A DNA stretch of 64,000 nt, from the NCBI GenBank assembly GCA_047150005.1, contig AP038806.1, positions 384,001 to 448,000 on the forward strand. Reading direction: 5' to 3'. Below are positions 29,167 through 40,908 of the stretch, piece by piece. Origin of the DNA: Nitrospira sp. GTDB taxonomy: Bacteria; Nitrospirota; Nitrospiria; Nitrospirales; Nitrospiraceae. The translations under genes and the position numbers were made by a program. Within the stretch, counting starts at the first letter, position 1. Every line of letters begins with the position of its first letter. The notes beneath the pieces were generated by a model. The model worked only from the letters and a program-made list of their open reading frames with translations, was not told the origin of the DNA and searched no databases.

Positions 29167-30678
29167 TCACCTTATTTCTGAACCGATCTCTTCGACCAAA
29201 CTCACAAAAAGTTCCTCATAGCATCGTGCGCTCCTTGCCCACGATACGTCAGTTTTCATACCTCTCCGGACCATATTGCTCCACAACGCTGGGCGTCCAT
29301 ACGCCCTGACCGCCTTATGCACGGCATCGACCACAGCATCAGCCGTCGGTACCACGATGTGAAAACCCGTTGCTCTATCTGAGTTCGAGCCATCGCTGCC
29401 CAATGGCGCTACGGTATCGACTAACCCTCCCGTTTTGGTCACAATGGGCACCGTTCCGTACCGCAAGCTGTACAGCTGACTCAAGCCACAGGGCTCGTAG
29501 CGCGAAGGCATGAGAAATATATCGGCCCCACCTTCGATTCGATGAGCTAGCCCTTCATCAAATCCTATGCGCAACGCCATGCGATCTGGAAATCGATCTC
29601 GCATCTTCGCAAGACTCGATTCATGCGCGGGATCTCCAGTTCCCAAGACCACCAACTGCAAATCAAAATCCATAAGCCGAGGAATTGCTGCCTCCACTAG
29701 ATCGAGCCCCTTTTGCGAGGTTAAACGAGCAATGACTGCAAGCAGCGGCACTGCCTTTCTGGGCAACCCTAATTCCTCCTGGAGCGCCTGCTTGCACTGC
29801 AGCTTACCGGTTCGATTGTCCGCCGAATACCGGACGGGAAGATGTGGATCCGTCTCAGGATTCCAAACGCCAACATCAATTCCGTTGATGATCCCCTGCA
29901 CCTTTTCTCGCCTTGCCTGCAGCACGCCTTCCAATCCGAAACCAAACTCCGGAGTGAGGATTTCCTCGGCATAGGTAGGACTGACCGTTGTCAACCGATC
30001 GGCAAAGAGTATTCCCCCCTTCAGCAAATTCACTGATCCGTAAAATTCGAGGCCCTCCAGGGTAAACAGCGCCTGTGGAAGGCCCGTATGCCAGAATTTC
30101 GCAGCCGGGAAAATCCCCTGATATCCGACGTTGTGCAGCGTGAGTACCGTTTTGGTCCTCTGAACCTCCGGCCTGATGCTGTCGAGTGTCTTGAGATACA
30201 CGGCGCAGAGAGCGGTCTGCCAATCATGAAGATGCAAGACGTCTGTTCTCCAACCTTTCTGACGATGGAGATAGGCCATCACTTCGATCACCGCTCGCGA
30301 AAACCAAGCGAATCGTTCAAGGTTGTCTTCAAAATCCCTCCCCTGTTCCTGGTAGAGGCCTGAGCGGCCAAAAAGGAACTCGTGCCGTAACGCCCAGACT
30401 CGTACCGGTAACTGGCCGGATGTTGAGACGATGTCCTCCTCAATCGTTACTTCGCTTGCACCAAGAGGAGTGTGAAACGGAACACGTGCGAGCATATGGA
30501 AGGTTCGCCCTGAATTATCTAAGCTGCGATACCGAGGCAAGATGAGGATGACGCTATGACCCAGCTTGGCCAGTTCGGCCGGTAATGCTCCTGCGACATC
30601 GGCAAGCCCCCCGGTCTTAGCATAGGGGACAGCTTCGGACGCAGCCATCAAGAGATTCAGCGGGTGAGGTTGTTTCAC
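29167..30678 (-). CDS. glgA: Glycogen synthase
   Basis: KTGGLADV, HLHDWQ, TLHN, SRYEPCGLSQLY. Confidence 0.95.
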   Translation of the reverse strand: MKQPHPLNLLMAASEAVPYAKTGGLADVAGALPAELAKLGHSVILILPRYRSLDNSGRTFHMLARVPFHTPLGASEVTIEEDIVSTSGQLPVRVWALRHEFLFGRSGLYQEQGRDFEDNLERFAWFSRAVIEVMAYLHRQKGWRTDVLHLHDWQTALCAVYLKTLDSIRPEVQRTKTVLTLHNVGYQGIFPAAKFWHTGLPQALFTLEGLEFYGSVNLLKGGILFADRLTTVSPTYAEEILTPEFGFGLEGVLQARREKVQGIINGIDVGVWNPETDPHLPVRYSADNRTGKLQCKQALQEELGLPRKAVPLLAVIARLTSQKGLDLVEAAIPRLMDFDLQLVVLGTGDPAHESSLAKMRDRFPDRMALRIGFDEGLAHRIEGGADIFLMPSRYEPCGLSQLYSLRYGTVPIVTKTGGLVDTVAPLGSDGSNSDRATGFHIVVPTADAVVDAVHKAVRAYGRPALWSNMVRRGMKTDVSWARSARCYEELFVSLVEEIGSEIR

Positions 30679-30701
30679 GAGAAGCCTGCAAGAATCCTGG
30701 G

Positions 30702-31160
30702 CTAGGGGGCAGAGGGGCTCTCAAGCCGGGAACGATACCGGTCTTCCATCTTCCAATCTCGTCCTAACGCATGCAGCTGTGCTGCACTAAGTGCCTCCTT
30801 GTAGACCAATTGTTCATCCAAGAATACCAAGAGCCAGCCACGATCGGGATAAGCGAGGAACAAGGCTTCGCCTGCCTCGACACCAGCGTCCCACCCTTTA
30901 GGAGCTTCTCCAATGGCCACACGAGACCGTGGAACGAACGCTCCGCTCTTCATGACGAAAAACTGCATAAACTCGACTCGTTGATAGGTCGGCAGTCCCC
31001 ACACTCCGGCAAACGCTCGAGGTGTCAGTTGATGAAGAGGCAACTCGTTATTCCTAATATGCTGCTCCTGCTCAACCAAGGGCAACGTACCGCCACATCC
31101 CGCGAAAATGCCGAGCAGGCAGATCACCAGCGCCCCCGGCCAAACCTCAGAGGATCTCAC
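30702..31160 (-). CDS. Hypothetical lipoprotein
   Basis: GTG overlapping the upstream stop (GTGA); FAGC lipobox. Confidence 0.65.
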   Translation of the reverse strand: MRSSEVWPGALVICLLGIFAGCGGTLPLVEQEQHIRNNELPLHQLTPRAFAGVWGLPTYQRVEFMQFFVMKSGAFVPRSRVAIGEAPKGWDAGVEAGEALFLAYPDRGWLLVFLDEQLVYKEALSAAQLHALGRDWKMEDRYRSRLESPSAP

Positions 31161-31513
31161 AATAGTCTCCGGCTTCGGGGTTCGGTCGGCTTGACCGGCT
31201 GGCACAAGTCGCACTGACAGAGCCTTCTCAGCAGGTGATAAGAATAAATCCCGGTGTCGTGACCGTCACTCCACTTGAACTGCAGGGCATACCGCCCCAC
31301 CGATTCAATGTCCTGTAGCATGATCAGGAGAGGCACATCGTCCGCCTTCAGCCTTCGTTCTCCCGTCCACTCATCCACACAGGCCGCGCAGGGGCATTGT
31401 TGCCGCAGATATCGAACGGGATATACCGCGCGATGTCCATCGCTCCATTCTATGCCAAGCACCCCCTTGTCGATCCAAGACATGTCCTTGGGCTCAAGCA
31501 CTGCTTCCGCCAT
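31157..31513 (-). CDS. DUF971 (GBBH-like N-terminal) domain protein
   Basis: WSDGH, CPCAAC, VGRYAL..WSDGHDTGIY. Confidence 0.88.
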   Translation of the reverse strand: MAEAVLEPKDMSWIDKGVLGIEWSDGHRAVYPVRYLRQQCPCAACVDEWTGERRLKADDVPLLIMLQDIESVGRYALQFKWSDGHDTGIYSYHLLRRLCQCDLCQPVKPTEPRSRRLL

Positions 31514-31544
31514 GGTATCTACCTTCCTCCGTCAGCAGGCCCTC

Positions 31545-32297
31545 TCACACGGGCTGCGAGAGAAAATTAACAGGAGGGAGTCGTTTGCCGACTACAACCG
31601 TGACATATCCTTCAATGGCCTCCTCAACCTCGGATCTGACCTGGCCTCCTGCTTTCAATCTGGTGATCATCGCCGGGGCCAACCGAAGTGCCTGCTGGAG
31701 GAATGCCAGGCTTCCGCGTGAAAGGGGCACACAATGAAACTGCTGTCGTGTCGCGCACGTCGCGCACACCAAGCCACCGGAAACGGGAGAAAACTGGGAT
31801 TCTGGAATCGTTCGCCCCCGTCCGCAAGCTGAGCAGTGGTCCGTCTGTGGACGGAATCCCGTCAGCCCGAGCAACCGGATCTGAAACAACAGCGCCGTCA
31901 ACGCAGGATCTTCGCTCACTGCGAGCGAATACAACCCCTGTTCGAGCGTTTCAAAGAGTTGTGGATCAGGATCTCCATCAGGCGTGATGGCGGCAACGAC
32001 ATTGACCATTCTGGCCGCTGCGGCCATCAATATCAGGTCATCTCTGAAACACACAAACGGTTCGACCAAATCAGCCTGCGAAACACGATAGAGCGAATCG
32101 CCTGACTTTTCGAAGAGATTCAACTCACAAATCGTAAGCGGTTCAAGCGTCGCTCTCAACCGGCTTTTCGGTCGACGCGCTCCGCGGGCGACACCGCGAA
32201 CTTTCCCGGCGGCCTTCGTATAGAACGTGACAATACGATCCGCTTCGCCCCACTTCCGGCTTTTCAGTGTGACCGCAGTGGTTTTAATGAGCGGCAT
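31545..32297 (-). CDS. recO: DNA repair protein RecO
   Basis: GEADRIVTFYT..GKV..VARGAR..KSR OB fold; CxxC...CxxC zinc finger. Confidence 0.93.
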   Translation of the reverse strand: MPLIKTTAVTLKSRKWGEADRIVTFYTKAAGKVRGVARGARRPKSRLRATLEPLTICELNLFEKSGDSLYRVSQADLVEPFVCFRDDLILMAAAARMVNVVAAITPDGDPDPQLFETLEQGLYSLAVSEDPALTALLFQIRLLGLTGFRPQTDHCSACGRGRTIPESQFSPVSGGLVCATCATRQQFHCVPLSRGSLAFLQQALRLAPAMITRLKAGGQVRSEVEEAIEGYVTVVVGKRLPPVNFLSQPV

Positions 32298-32355
32298 GCA
32301 ATCCAGGTCTTTGAGAACCGAGGCTCACAATCCAATCCTCTACGGCTTACGGTCC

Positions 32356-33816
32356 CTACCGGAGATATTCCATAAATACCGTAGCGAGGGTGAGATAGAT
32401 GGTGATCCCGGTGATGTCATTGGCAGTCGTCACGAAGGGACCCGCCGCCACGGCCGGATCCACGCCCATTCGCTTCAAGAAAATGGGCATAAACGTCGCC
32501 ATACTGGTGGACACGAGAAACGCGATAATGAGCGACATGCCGACCACCATCCCAAGAAATCCCTGGTGCCAAATCCAGCCGACCAGGGACAGAATCATTC
32601 CGCAGGCCACACCCATCAACAGTCCAATCTTGACTTCCCTCAGAAAGACCGACCAGACGTCTGTCAATTCAACCACACCGGTCGCCAAGCCTCGAATAAT
32701 CAATGTCGAGGACTGCAGGCCCACATTCCCTCCCATGGCCGCAATGACGGGAATAAAGCTCACGATCGCCACGACCTCCTGAATCGTATATCGAAACTCC
32801 CACAAAATCGCTCCGGACAGCAGGCTTCCCACAAGATTGGTAAAGAGCCACGGCAACCGGACTTTTGCCGCGGCAAGGCTTGAGGATTTCGACACGGCTT
32901 CTTCCTGTACCGCGCCGGCCATCTTCAACATGTCCTCGGTCGCTTCTTCTCGGATGACGTCCACGACGTCGTCCACGGTAATGATCCCAACCAGAACTCC
33001 TTCTTTATCCACAACGGGGATGGCCAAGAGATTGTAGCTCGCTACCTGACGCGCCACTTCTTCCTGATCCATGTCGACCGATACGCTGATCACGTCCCGC
33101 GTCGCGATATTTTTCAAAGGTGTCGAGGGAGGAACCGTCAACAACTGACGCAAGGAGAGTACACCGACCAACCGCTCATCCTTGTCGGTGACATAAATAT
33201 AGAACACCATCTCTGCATCGGTCGCCTCTTGGAGACGCCGGATGGCATCCTGTGCCGTCGCATCCTCCGACAGCGCAAAAAACTCGGTCGTCATGATGCC
33301 GCCGGCCGTGTCTTTCGGATACTTCAGGATGTCCGCGACTTCCGTCGAATCTTCGGTCCGCATGAGCGAAAGAATCTCTTTCGCACGCTCCTCTGGCAGC
33401 ACGCCGAGAATGTAGGCGACGTCGTCCGGACCCAAATCCTTGATCAACCATGCGATGTCCGATTGCAGCAAATCCGCCAACACCTGGGTAATACTGTCGG
33501 TGTCGAGCTCGCTCAGAACCTGTCCGCGTTTCGAGTCCCCTCGGACCAACTCAAACACTTCGCGTTTTTCCTTCGGAGAGGACAGGTGCACAATGACCTT
33601 GGCCACGTCGGCTGGATGCATCCGCCCCAGCATTTTTGCGAGATTGGTGATCGCTCCGCGCCGGAGCAACCTTTGCACGGACAACAAGACGATGTCGGAT
33701 TTCGTCTGACCTCGATCCGCCTGATCCCGCAGGGCATCCCGCAGAAGATCTCGATCCCCTACGCGGTGTCGCGACTCCATCGGGCGACTTTCCGTGATTT
33801 TATCCGTCTGGTGCAT
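32356..33816 (-). CDS. mgtE: Magnesium transporter MgtE
   Basis: TAGGIMTTE, CBS pair, RLPWL, GGNVGLQS, DPAVAAGPFVTTAND. Confidence 0.95.
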   Translation of the reverse strand: MHQTDKITESRPMESRHRVGDRDLLRDALRDQADRGQTKSDIVLLSVQRLLRRGAITNLAKMLGRMHPADVAKVIVHLSSPKEKREVFELVRGDSKRGQVLSELDTDSITQVLADLLQSDIAWLIKDLGPDDVAYILGVLPEERAKEILSLMRTEDSTEVADILKYPKDTAGGIMTTEFFALSEDATAQDAIRRLQEATDAEMVFYIYVTDKDERLVGVLSLRQLLTVPPSTPLKNIATRDVISVSVDMDQEEVARQVASYNLLAIPVVDKEGVLVGIITVDDVVDVIREEATEDMLKMAGAVQEEAVSKSSSLAAAKVRLPWLFTNLVGSLLSGAILWEFRYTIQEVVAIVSFIPVIAAMGGNVGLQSSTLIIRGLATGVVELTDVWSVFLREVKIGLLMGVACGMILSLVGWIWHQGFLGMVVGMSLIIAFLVSTSMATFMPIFLKRMGVDPAVAAGPFVTTANDITGITIYLTLATVFMEYLR

Positions 33817-33825
33817 ATCGTGTTC

Positions 33826-34710
33826 TCAGTACCCTAATTCACTCAGCGCGTGCTCGTCTTCCCGCCAGGCTTCCCGCACTTTCACCCACAGCTCCAGAAA
33901 CACCTTCATGCCGAATATGCGCTCCATCTCGATCCGGGCCTCTGTGCCCACCACCTTCAGCCGTTCCCCATGCTTGCCAATAATGATGGCCTTGTGCGAC
34001 TCGCGTTCGACCAGAACCGAAGCGCTGATTCGCGCCTTCTTCCCCTCTTCAACGAACTGGTCGATTTCGACCGCGATCGAGTGCGGCACTTCTTCATACG
34101 TCTGCCGCAGCAGCTTCTCCCGAATCATCTCCGCAGCCAACGTCCGCATGGACTGGTCGGTGATCGTATCCTCGTCGTAAGCGGCATCTCCCACCGGCAG
34201 ATGAGCCACCGTCACGTCGAGCAACCGTTCGACATTCGCACCTGTTTCGGCCGAGACCGGAACGACTTCGGTCCACGGGTACAACCGGGCATAGGTGTCG
34301 ATGACGGGCAACAGCTTCATCTTATTCACCAGATCGATCTTGTTCAAAACCAACATCACCGGCCTGGCCTGTTTGTAAATGGCGGCCTTGACGTGCTCCA
34401 GCACGGACAAGTCGCCGGGGCCTGGAAGGCTCGTGGCATCCATGAGCACAAAGAGCAGATCGGCTTCCTCGAGCGTCTCGAGGGTGGTCCGAACCATCCG
34501 GCGATTCAGCAAATGTTCAGGCCGATGGATGCCCGGAGTATCCAGGAACGCAACCTGCGCGCCGGGGGCATGAACCACGCCAAGGATTCTTGTCCTGGTG
34601 GTCTGAGGTTTTTCCGATACGATCGCGATCTTTTCCTTGAGAAGCCGATTCAGCAACGTGGATTTTCCCACGTTCGAACGCCCAACGATGACCACCGTTC
34701 CGAATTTCAT
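33826..34710 (-). CDS. era: GTPase Era
   Basis: GRSNVGKST, PQTTR, DTPG, NKID, KH domain IIIGKHG. Confidence 0.96.
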   Translation of the reverse strand: MKFGTVVIVGRSNVGKSTLLNRLLKEKIAIVSEKPQTTRTRILGVVHAPGAQVAFLDTPGIHRPEHLLNRRMVRTTLETLEEADLLFVLMDATSLPGPGDLSVLEHVKAAIYKQARPVMLVLNKIDLVNKMKLLPVIDTYARLYPWTEVVPVSAETGANVERLLDVTVAHLPVGDAAYDEDTITDQSMRTLAAEMIREKLLRQTYEEVPHSIAVEIDQFVEEGKKARISASVLVERESHKAIIIGKHGERLKVVGTEARIEMERIFGMKVFLELWVKVREAWREDEHALSELGY

Positions 34711-34714
34711 CGCG

Positions 34715-35065
34715 TCACGGCCTCGATCGATCTTGAGTGGTTTCAGGGAGCAATTGATAGACGGTTTCTCCCTTTCGTACATACCCGAGCTGCTCTCGGG
34801 CCAGTTGCTCGATCTTGAGCGGGTCATGCTCCAGTCCATCAATATCACTGCGCAACCCCGTGACCCCCCTCTGGAGATCAAGAATCTCAGCCTCCAGCTG
34901 CCGGACATGGTCTCTCATGGCAAAATAACGCGGCAACCCCATTTCGCCGAAACACAAAGCCAGCAGAAGAAGCAGACACGCACCCATCCCCGCGTACTGC
35001 GCGCCGGTGACCACACGTCGCTGCCAGTCCAGCCATTGCTTGCCTCTGTTCTGCTTAATGAGCAT
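34715..35065 (-). CDS. ftsB: Septum formation initiator (FtsB/DivIC family)
   Basis: Single TM helix, coiled coil, IEQLAREQLGYVRKGE; directly downstream of eno. Confidence 0.8.
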   Translation of the reverse strand: MLIKQNRGKQWLDWQRRVVTGAQYAGMGACLLLLLALCFGEMGLPRYFAMRDHVRQLEAEILDLQRGVTGLRSDIDGLEHDPLKIEQLAREQLGYVRKGETVYQLLPETTQDRSRP

Positions 35066-35074
35066 GAACGATCG

Positions 35075-36382
<1,308 letters not shown>

Positions 36383-36410
36383 TCATCATGGTTCACACTC
36401 CGCTCCATTG

Positions 36411-37847
36411 TCATCGAGAATCGCCTAGTTTGCTCTTGAGTAGTTCGTTCACCTTTCCGGGATTCGCCTTTCCTCCGCTGGCTTTCATCACTTGGCCGAC
36501 CAGGAATCCCAGCACTTGATGCTTGCCTTCCTTGAACTGGGCTACCTGCCCCGGACTCTTCGCCAGCACCTCGGCGATGATCGCTTCCAGTATCCCTTCG
36601 TCAGACACCTGTGTGAGCCCCTTGTCTCGAACCATGTCCTGCGCGGATTTTCCGCTTTGGTACAACTCTGGGAACATCTCACGGGCAACTTTCAAACTGA
36701 CCGTGCCGCGGTCCACCATTTCCAGCAGGTCGACAAGTCGTTCCGGAGAAACCGCGGACGCGCTGACGTCGACTCCCGCCTTATTCAACTCCCTGGCGAG
36801 TTCCCCCATCACCCAATTGCTGACCGTCTTCGGGTGATTGAAGAGCCTCACACAGGCCTCGAAATAATCCGCCATGGCCTTGGAGGCGGTGAGAAGACCG
36901 GCGTCATACTCGGGCAACCCGTACTCGTCGATAAAACGCCGGGCGCGGACGGCCGGCAATTCCGGTACGCTCCCGCGGAAATTTTGGATCCATTCGGCAT
37001 CAAGCTTCAGCGGCACCAAATCCGGATCCGGGAAATAACGGTAGTCATGTGCTTCCTCCTTGCTCCGCATGACCGCGGTCTCTCCTCGATCCAGGTTCCA
37101 CAGACGCGTTTCCTGCCGGATGGCGCCGCCGTCCCGCAAGACCTTGGTCTGTCGCTTGACTTCATATTCGATCGCGTCTTTGACGTACTTGAACGAATTG
37201 ATGTTCTTCAACTCGACCTTCGTGCCGAACTCTTTCTGCCCAAGAGGGCGAAGCGAGAGATTGGGCTCGCAGCGGAAACTGCCTTCTTCCATGTTTCCGT
37301 CGCAGATCTCGAGATACATCAGGATGTCGCGGAGTCCCTTCAGATAGGCGACGACTTCTTCGGCTGAACACATGTCCGGCTCCGTGACGATTTCGAGCAG
37401 CGGAGTGCCGGCCCGGTTCAGGTCTACTTGGCTACCGCCTGCGGCCGTTTCGTGGACACTCTTTCCGGCATCTTCTTCCAGATGAGCTCTCCGGATACGG
37501 ATCCGCTTCCGGACGTCGCCCGAGGCGATGTCGATCCATCCATGTTCACAGATCGGCGCTTCATACTGGGATATCTGGTAGCCTTTCGGCAAATCCGGAT
37601 AGAAGTAATTCTTCCGGGCGAATCGGTTGGCGGAGGCGATGGTGCAGTTCAGCGCCAATCCGGCACGAACGGCCATTTCGACCGCGGCCTTGTTGATCAC
37701 CGGCAAGGAGCCCGGCAATCCCAAGCAGACAGGGCAGGTTTGGCTGTTCGCCGACAGCCCGAATGTCGTCCCGCACGCGCAGAACATCTTCGACTTGGTC
37801 CGCAGTTGGGCATGCACCTCGACGCCGATGACGACCTCGTAGCTCAC
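36411..37847 (-). CDS. gatB: Asp/Glu-tRNA amidotransferase subunit B
   Basis: [44 protein letters not shown]. Confidence 0.98.
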   Translation of the reverse strand: MSYEVVIGVEVHAQLRTKSKMFCACGTTFGLSANSQTCPVCLGLPGSLPVINKAAVEMAVRAGLALNCTIASANRFARKNYFYPDLPKGYQISQYEAPICEHGWIDIASGDVRKRIRIRRAHLEEDAGKSVHETAAGGSQVDLNRAGTPLLEIVTEPDMCSAEEVVAYLKGLRDILMYLEICDGNMEEGSFRCEPNLSLRPLGQKEFGTKVELKNINSFKYVKDAIEYEVKRQTKVLRDGGAIRQETRLWNLDRGETAVMRSKEEAHDYRYFPDPDLVPLKLDAEWIQNFRGSVPELPAVRARRFIDEYGLPEYDAGLLTASKAMADYFEACVRLFNHPKTVSNWVMGELARELNKAGVDVSASAVSPERLVDLLEMVDRGTVSLKVAREMFPELYQSGKSAQDMVRDKGLTQVSDEGILEAIIAEVLAKSPGQVAQFKEGKHQVLGFLVGQVMKASGGKANPGKVNELLKSKLGDSR

Positions 37848-37854
37848 GCGCGCG

Positions 37855-38166
37855 TCACCCTTCTCCCCGAGCCCGATCCCGCTCCCGCTTCACCGCCTCT
37901 CGTCCCGCTTCGAACGCCTCCCGTAATACCGATTTCTTGGCTTCGACGAATTCCTTCCCCTGATCGATCGCACCTTCGATCGTTTCACCGGCCTGACCGG
38001 CCAAATCACGCAAGCTGTCCTCCGCTTGCCTGGCATAGCCCCGGAGCAACTCCCGCGAATCGCGCCCCGATCGGGGCGCCAACAGCAACCCCGCCACCGC
38101 TCCCAACGCCGCCCCGCTCAGAAACGCCAACACCACGCCCGCCGCCGATCCGTGATTATCCGCCAT
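37855..38166 (-). CDS. YtxH domain protein
   Basis: [24 protein letters not shown] motif. Confidence 0.88.
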   Translation of the reverse strand: MADNHGSAAGVVLAFLSGAALGAVAGLLLAPRSGRDSRELLRGYARQAEDSLRDLAGQAGETIEGAIDQGKEFVEAKKSVLREAFEAGREAVKRERDRARGEG

Positions 38167-38563
38167 TGTGTGGTTCTCCTTCCCTTCGGTATCGCTCCCG
38201 CATGACCTGCGTCGCGGCTTTGAGTCCTGCCACGACGCTCGCCACGTTGGTCAGAAGCGTGCCGCTCGATCCTCGAACGGCGTTGTGAACTTGCTGAACG
38301 GATTCTCCGACTTCTCCGACCGCGTGCAAGAGCAACGAAGCGTGCTCCACTCCGCCACGAGCCTGTTCGGTCAGGTCATTGAGATTCTGGCTCATCGCGC
38401 GCAGCTCCGATACAAACGCCGGCATGTCGGTGTTCATCTTGGAGAGCAATTGCTCGGACTCGGCGACCGTCTTGCGCACTTGTATCAACAGCGGCACCAA
38501 ATAACCGACCAGGACGGCAAAGGCGGCGGCGATCAGGATGGCGGCGATTTCAACGGCGTTCAT
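38156..38563 (-). CDS. DUF948 family protein
   Basis: IAAILIAAAFAVLVGYLV TM helix followed by coiled coil; paired with YtxH. Confidence 0.8.
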   Translation of the reverse strand: MNAVEIAAILIAAAFAVLVGYLVPLLIQVRKTVAESEQLLSKMNTDMPAFVSELRAMSQNLNDLTEQARGGVEHASLLLHAVGEVGESVQQVHNAVRGSSGTLLTNVASVVAGLKAATQVMRERYRREGEPHNGG

Positions 38564-38587
38564 GCTCTGGTCCTCCGACTTCCGAAT

Positions 38588-40054
38588 CTAGCGAACGATG
38601 GGTTTCTTCTCGTGCCATTGCGTCGCTTGCTCATACGCGTGAGCCGCTCGAAGCACCGTCTCTTCTTCAAAGGCGCGGCCGATGATCTGGAGGCCGATCG
38701 GCAGACGGGCCTTGCTGAATCCGCAGGGCAAGGCGATGGCCGGCAGCCCAGCCAGATTGACCGAAATGGTGAAAATGTCCGACAAGTACATCTGCAGGGG
38801 ATCTTCGGCTTTGGCCCCGAGTTTGAACGCAGGGGTGGGCGTTACGGGCGTCACGATCAAGTCCACGTCCTTGAACGCCTCGGAGAAATCCTGACGAATG
38901 AGCGTCTGCACCGCCTGAGCTTTCCCGTAATAGGCATCATAGTACCCGGAGCTCAGGGCGTAGGTGCCCAGCATGATCCGTCGTTTCACTTCCGGGCCGA
39001 AGCCTTCCTGCCGGGTCTTCATGTACAGATCCAAGAGATCCTTCGTTTCCTTGGCTCTCAACCCGAACTTCACGCCGTCGAATCGCGCAAGGTTGGAACT
39101 GGCCTCCGCGGTCGCGATCACGTAATACACCGCGACCGCCGCATCGGTCCGCGGGAGTTGAATCTCCTTGATGTCGGCCCCGAGGCTCTTGAGTTCCTCA
39201 ATAGCGGCTCTGACGGCCTGCTCGACTTCAGGATCCAGCCCTTCGCCGAAGAATTCCATGGGCACGCCCACTGTGAGCTTCTTGAGGTCCCTCTTCTTCA
39301 GCGCCTTCATATAATCCGGCACGGGAAGTTCGGCGGAGGTGGAGTCCATCGGATCGTGCCCGGCGATGACGCCGAGGAGATACGCGGCATCGGCGACGCT
39401 TTTCGTGATCGGACCGATTTGGTCCAGGGAGGACGCGAAGGCGACCAGTCCGTAGCGCGAGACACGCCCGTAGGTCGGCTTCATGCCGACCACTCCGCAG
39501 AACGCCGCGGGCTGGCGGATCGATCCGCCGGTATCGGATCCCAGAGCGGCCACGCATTCGTCGGCGGCCACGGCCGCAGCCGAGCCGCCGCTCGACCCGC
39601 CCGGTACACACTGCAGATCCCAAGGATTTCGACTGGGCCCGAAGGCTGAGTTTTCGGTGGAGGACCCCATCGCGAACTCGTCGAGATTGGTCTTCCCCAG
39701 AAGAAGGTATTCCTGCTCTCGAAGCCTCGCGATCACCGTGGCGTCATAGGGCGGAACAAATTCCTTGAGCATGCGTGAAGAGCAGGTCGTCGGCACGCCG
39801 GCCGTACACAGGTTATCCTTGATCGCCAAAGGCATGCCCATCATCGGTTTGGTGTGGCGCCAGGTCTTGAGCTTGTCGTCCAGTACGGCCGCCTGGGCCA
39901 AGGCCGAGTCATGGGTCCTCGTCACATAGGCCTTGACCTTCTGCTCAACCTGGCCGATCCGTAGCGAATAGGCGCGCACGATCTCGACCGCGGTCACTTC
40001 GCCGGCGGTGAATTTCTTTTGCAGATCGCACAATGAAAACTTATGAATCGACAT
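38588..40054 (-). CDS. gatA: Asp/Glu-tRNA amidotransferase subunit A
   Basis: Amidase signature [36 protein letters not shown]. Confidence 0.98.
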   Translation of the reverse strand: MSIHKFSLCDLQKKFTAGEVTAVEIVRAYSLRIGQVEQKVKAYVTRTHDSALAQAAVLDDKLKTWRHTKPMMGMPLAIKDNLCTAGVPTTCSSRMLKEFVPPYDATVIARLREQEYLLLGKTNLDEFAMGSSTENSAFGPSRNPWDLQCVPGGSSGGSAAAVAADECVAALGSDTGGSIRQPAAFCGVVGMKPTYGRVSRYGLVAFASSLDQIGPITKSVADAAYLLGVIAGHDPMDSTSAELPVPDYMKALKKRDLKKLTVGVPMEFFGEGLDPEVEQAVRAAIEELKSLGADIKEIQLPRTDAAVAVYYVIATAEASSNLARFDGVKFGLRAKETKDLLDLYMKTRQEGFGPEVKRRIMLGTYALSSGYYDAYYGKAQAVQTLIRQDFSEAFKDVDLIVTPVTPTPAFKLGAKAEDPLQMYLSDIFTISVNLAGLPAIALPCGFSKARLPIGLQIIGRAFEEETVLRAAHAYEQATQWHEKKPIVR

Positions 40055-40129
40055 CACGCCATCCCTGAAGCTGCCTCACGATGATCCACGCGCGCCCGCC
40101 ACACTCGCCGGCGCACATGCATCCGAGTT

Positions 40130-40486
40130 TCAACTCCCATTCACGATCCGGTTCTTGTCATTGACGCGCACGATTTTCGGCGCGTGCTTCTTGATCTCTT
40201 CCTCGGCATAGTATTCGTAGCAAAAGATGATGATCTGATCGCCGACCGCCGCCTTGCGCGCAGTCGGGCCGTTGAGCACGATGTCCCCACTGCCTCGCCT
40301 GCCGGCGATCGCGTAGGTCATGAAGCGTTCGCCGTTATTCAAGTTCGAGCAGATGATCGCCTCATACGGGAGAATGGCCGCGGCTTCCATCAGATCCTGA
40401 TCGATCGTCAGGCTGCCTTCGTACTCCAGATGCGTGCCGGTGACCGTTGCACGATGGATTTTCGACCGTAGCATTTGTCGGAACAT
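40130..40486 (-). CDS. panD: Aspartate 1-decarboxylase
   Basis: SKIHRATVT, YEGSLTID (G-S cleavage site), NGERFMTYAI. Confidence 0.95.
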   Translation of the reverse strand: MFRQMLRSKIHRATVTGTHLEYEGSLTIDQDLMEAAAILPYEAIICSNLNNGERFMTYAIAGRRGSGDIVLNGPTARKAAVGDQIIIFCYEYYAEEEIKKHAPKIVRVNDKNRIVNGS

Positions 40487-40519
40487 GAACGCCTCAGCCT
40501 TTCGATAGGAATCTCGGAA

Positions 40520-40807
40520 TCACTCGATAATCTTCGGCACCAGGAATCCGTCGGCTTCCCGCTCCGGCGCATTGGCCAGTGCGAGATCCACTGGTAACGA
40601 CGGACGGACGATGTCCTCCCGAAACACGTTGACCTGCCCCAGCACCGTCGTCGTCGGTTCGACGCCCACGGTATCGTACCGATTCAGCGTCTCGACGTGG
40701 GTCAGGATCTGACTCAATTGCCGAGCGAACGCCTCCCGCTCGGACGGAGAGATGGCCAGTCGTGCGAGCTTCGCCACCTTCTCAACTTCTTGTTTGGTAA
40801 TCTCCAC
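40520..40807 (-). CDS. gatC: Asp/Glu-tRNA amidotransferase subunit C
   Basis: VAKLARL, REDIV, NAP...GFLVPKII. Confidence 0.95.
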   Translation of the reverse strand: MEITKQEVEKVAKLARLAISPSEREAFARQLSQILTHVETLNRYDTVGVEPTTTVLGQVNVFREDIVRPSLPVDLALANAPEREADGFLVPKIIE

Positions 40808-40827
40808 CCTTATCTCCTCGTGGCTTC

Positions 40828-40907
40828 GGGATGTTCAAAACGGTCTTCCGGCGAGGCCGCAGGACATCCGCCGACGAGGCGTACCCCCCGGCCATTTTCA
40901 ACATCCC
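40828..40907. repeat. 80-bp element with terminal inverted repeats (MITE/REP-like)
   Basis: GGGATGTTCAAAACGG ... CCATTTTCAACATCCC (14/16 inverted match) fills the glmS-gatC gap. Confidence 0.6.
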
Positions 40908-40908
40908 A

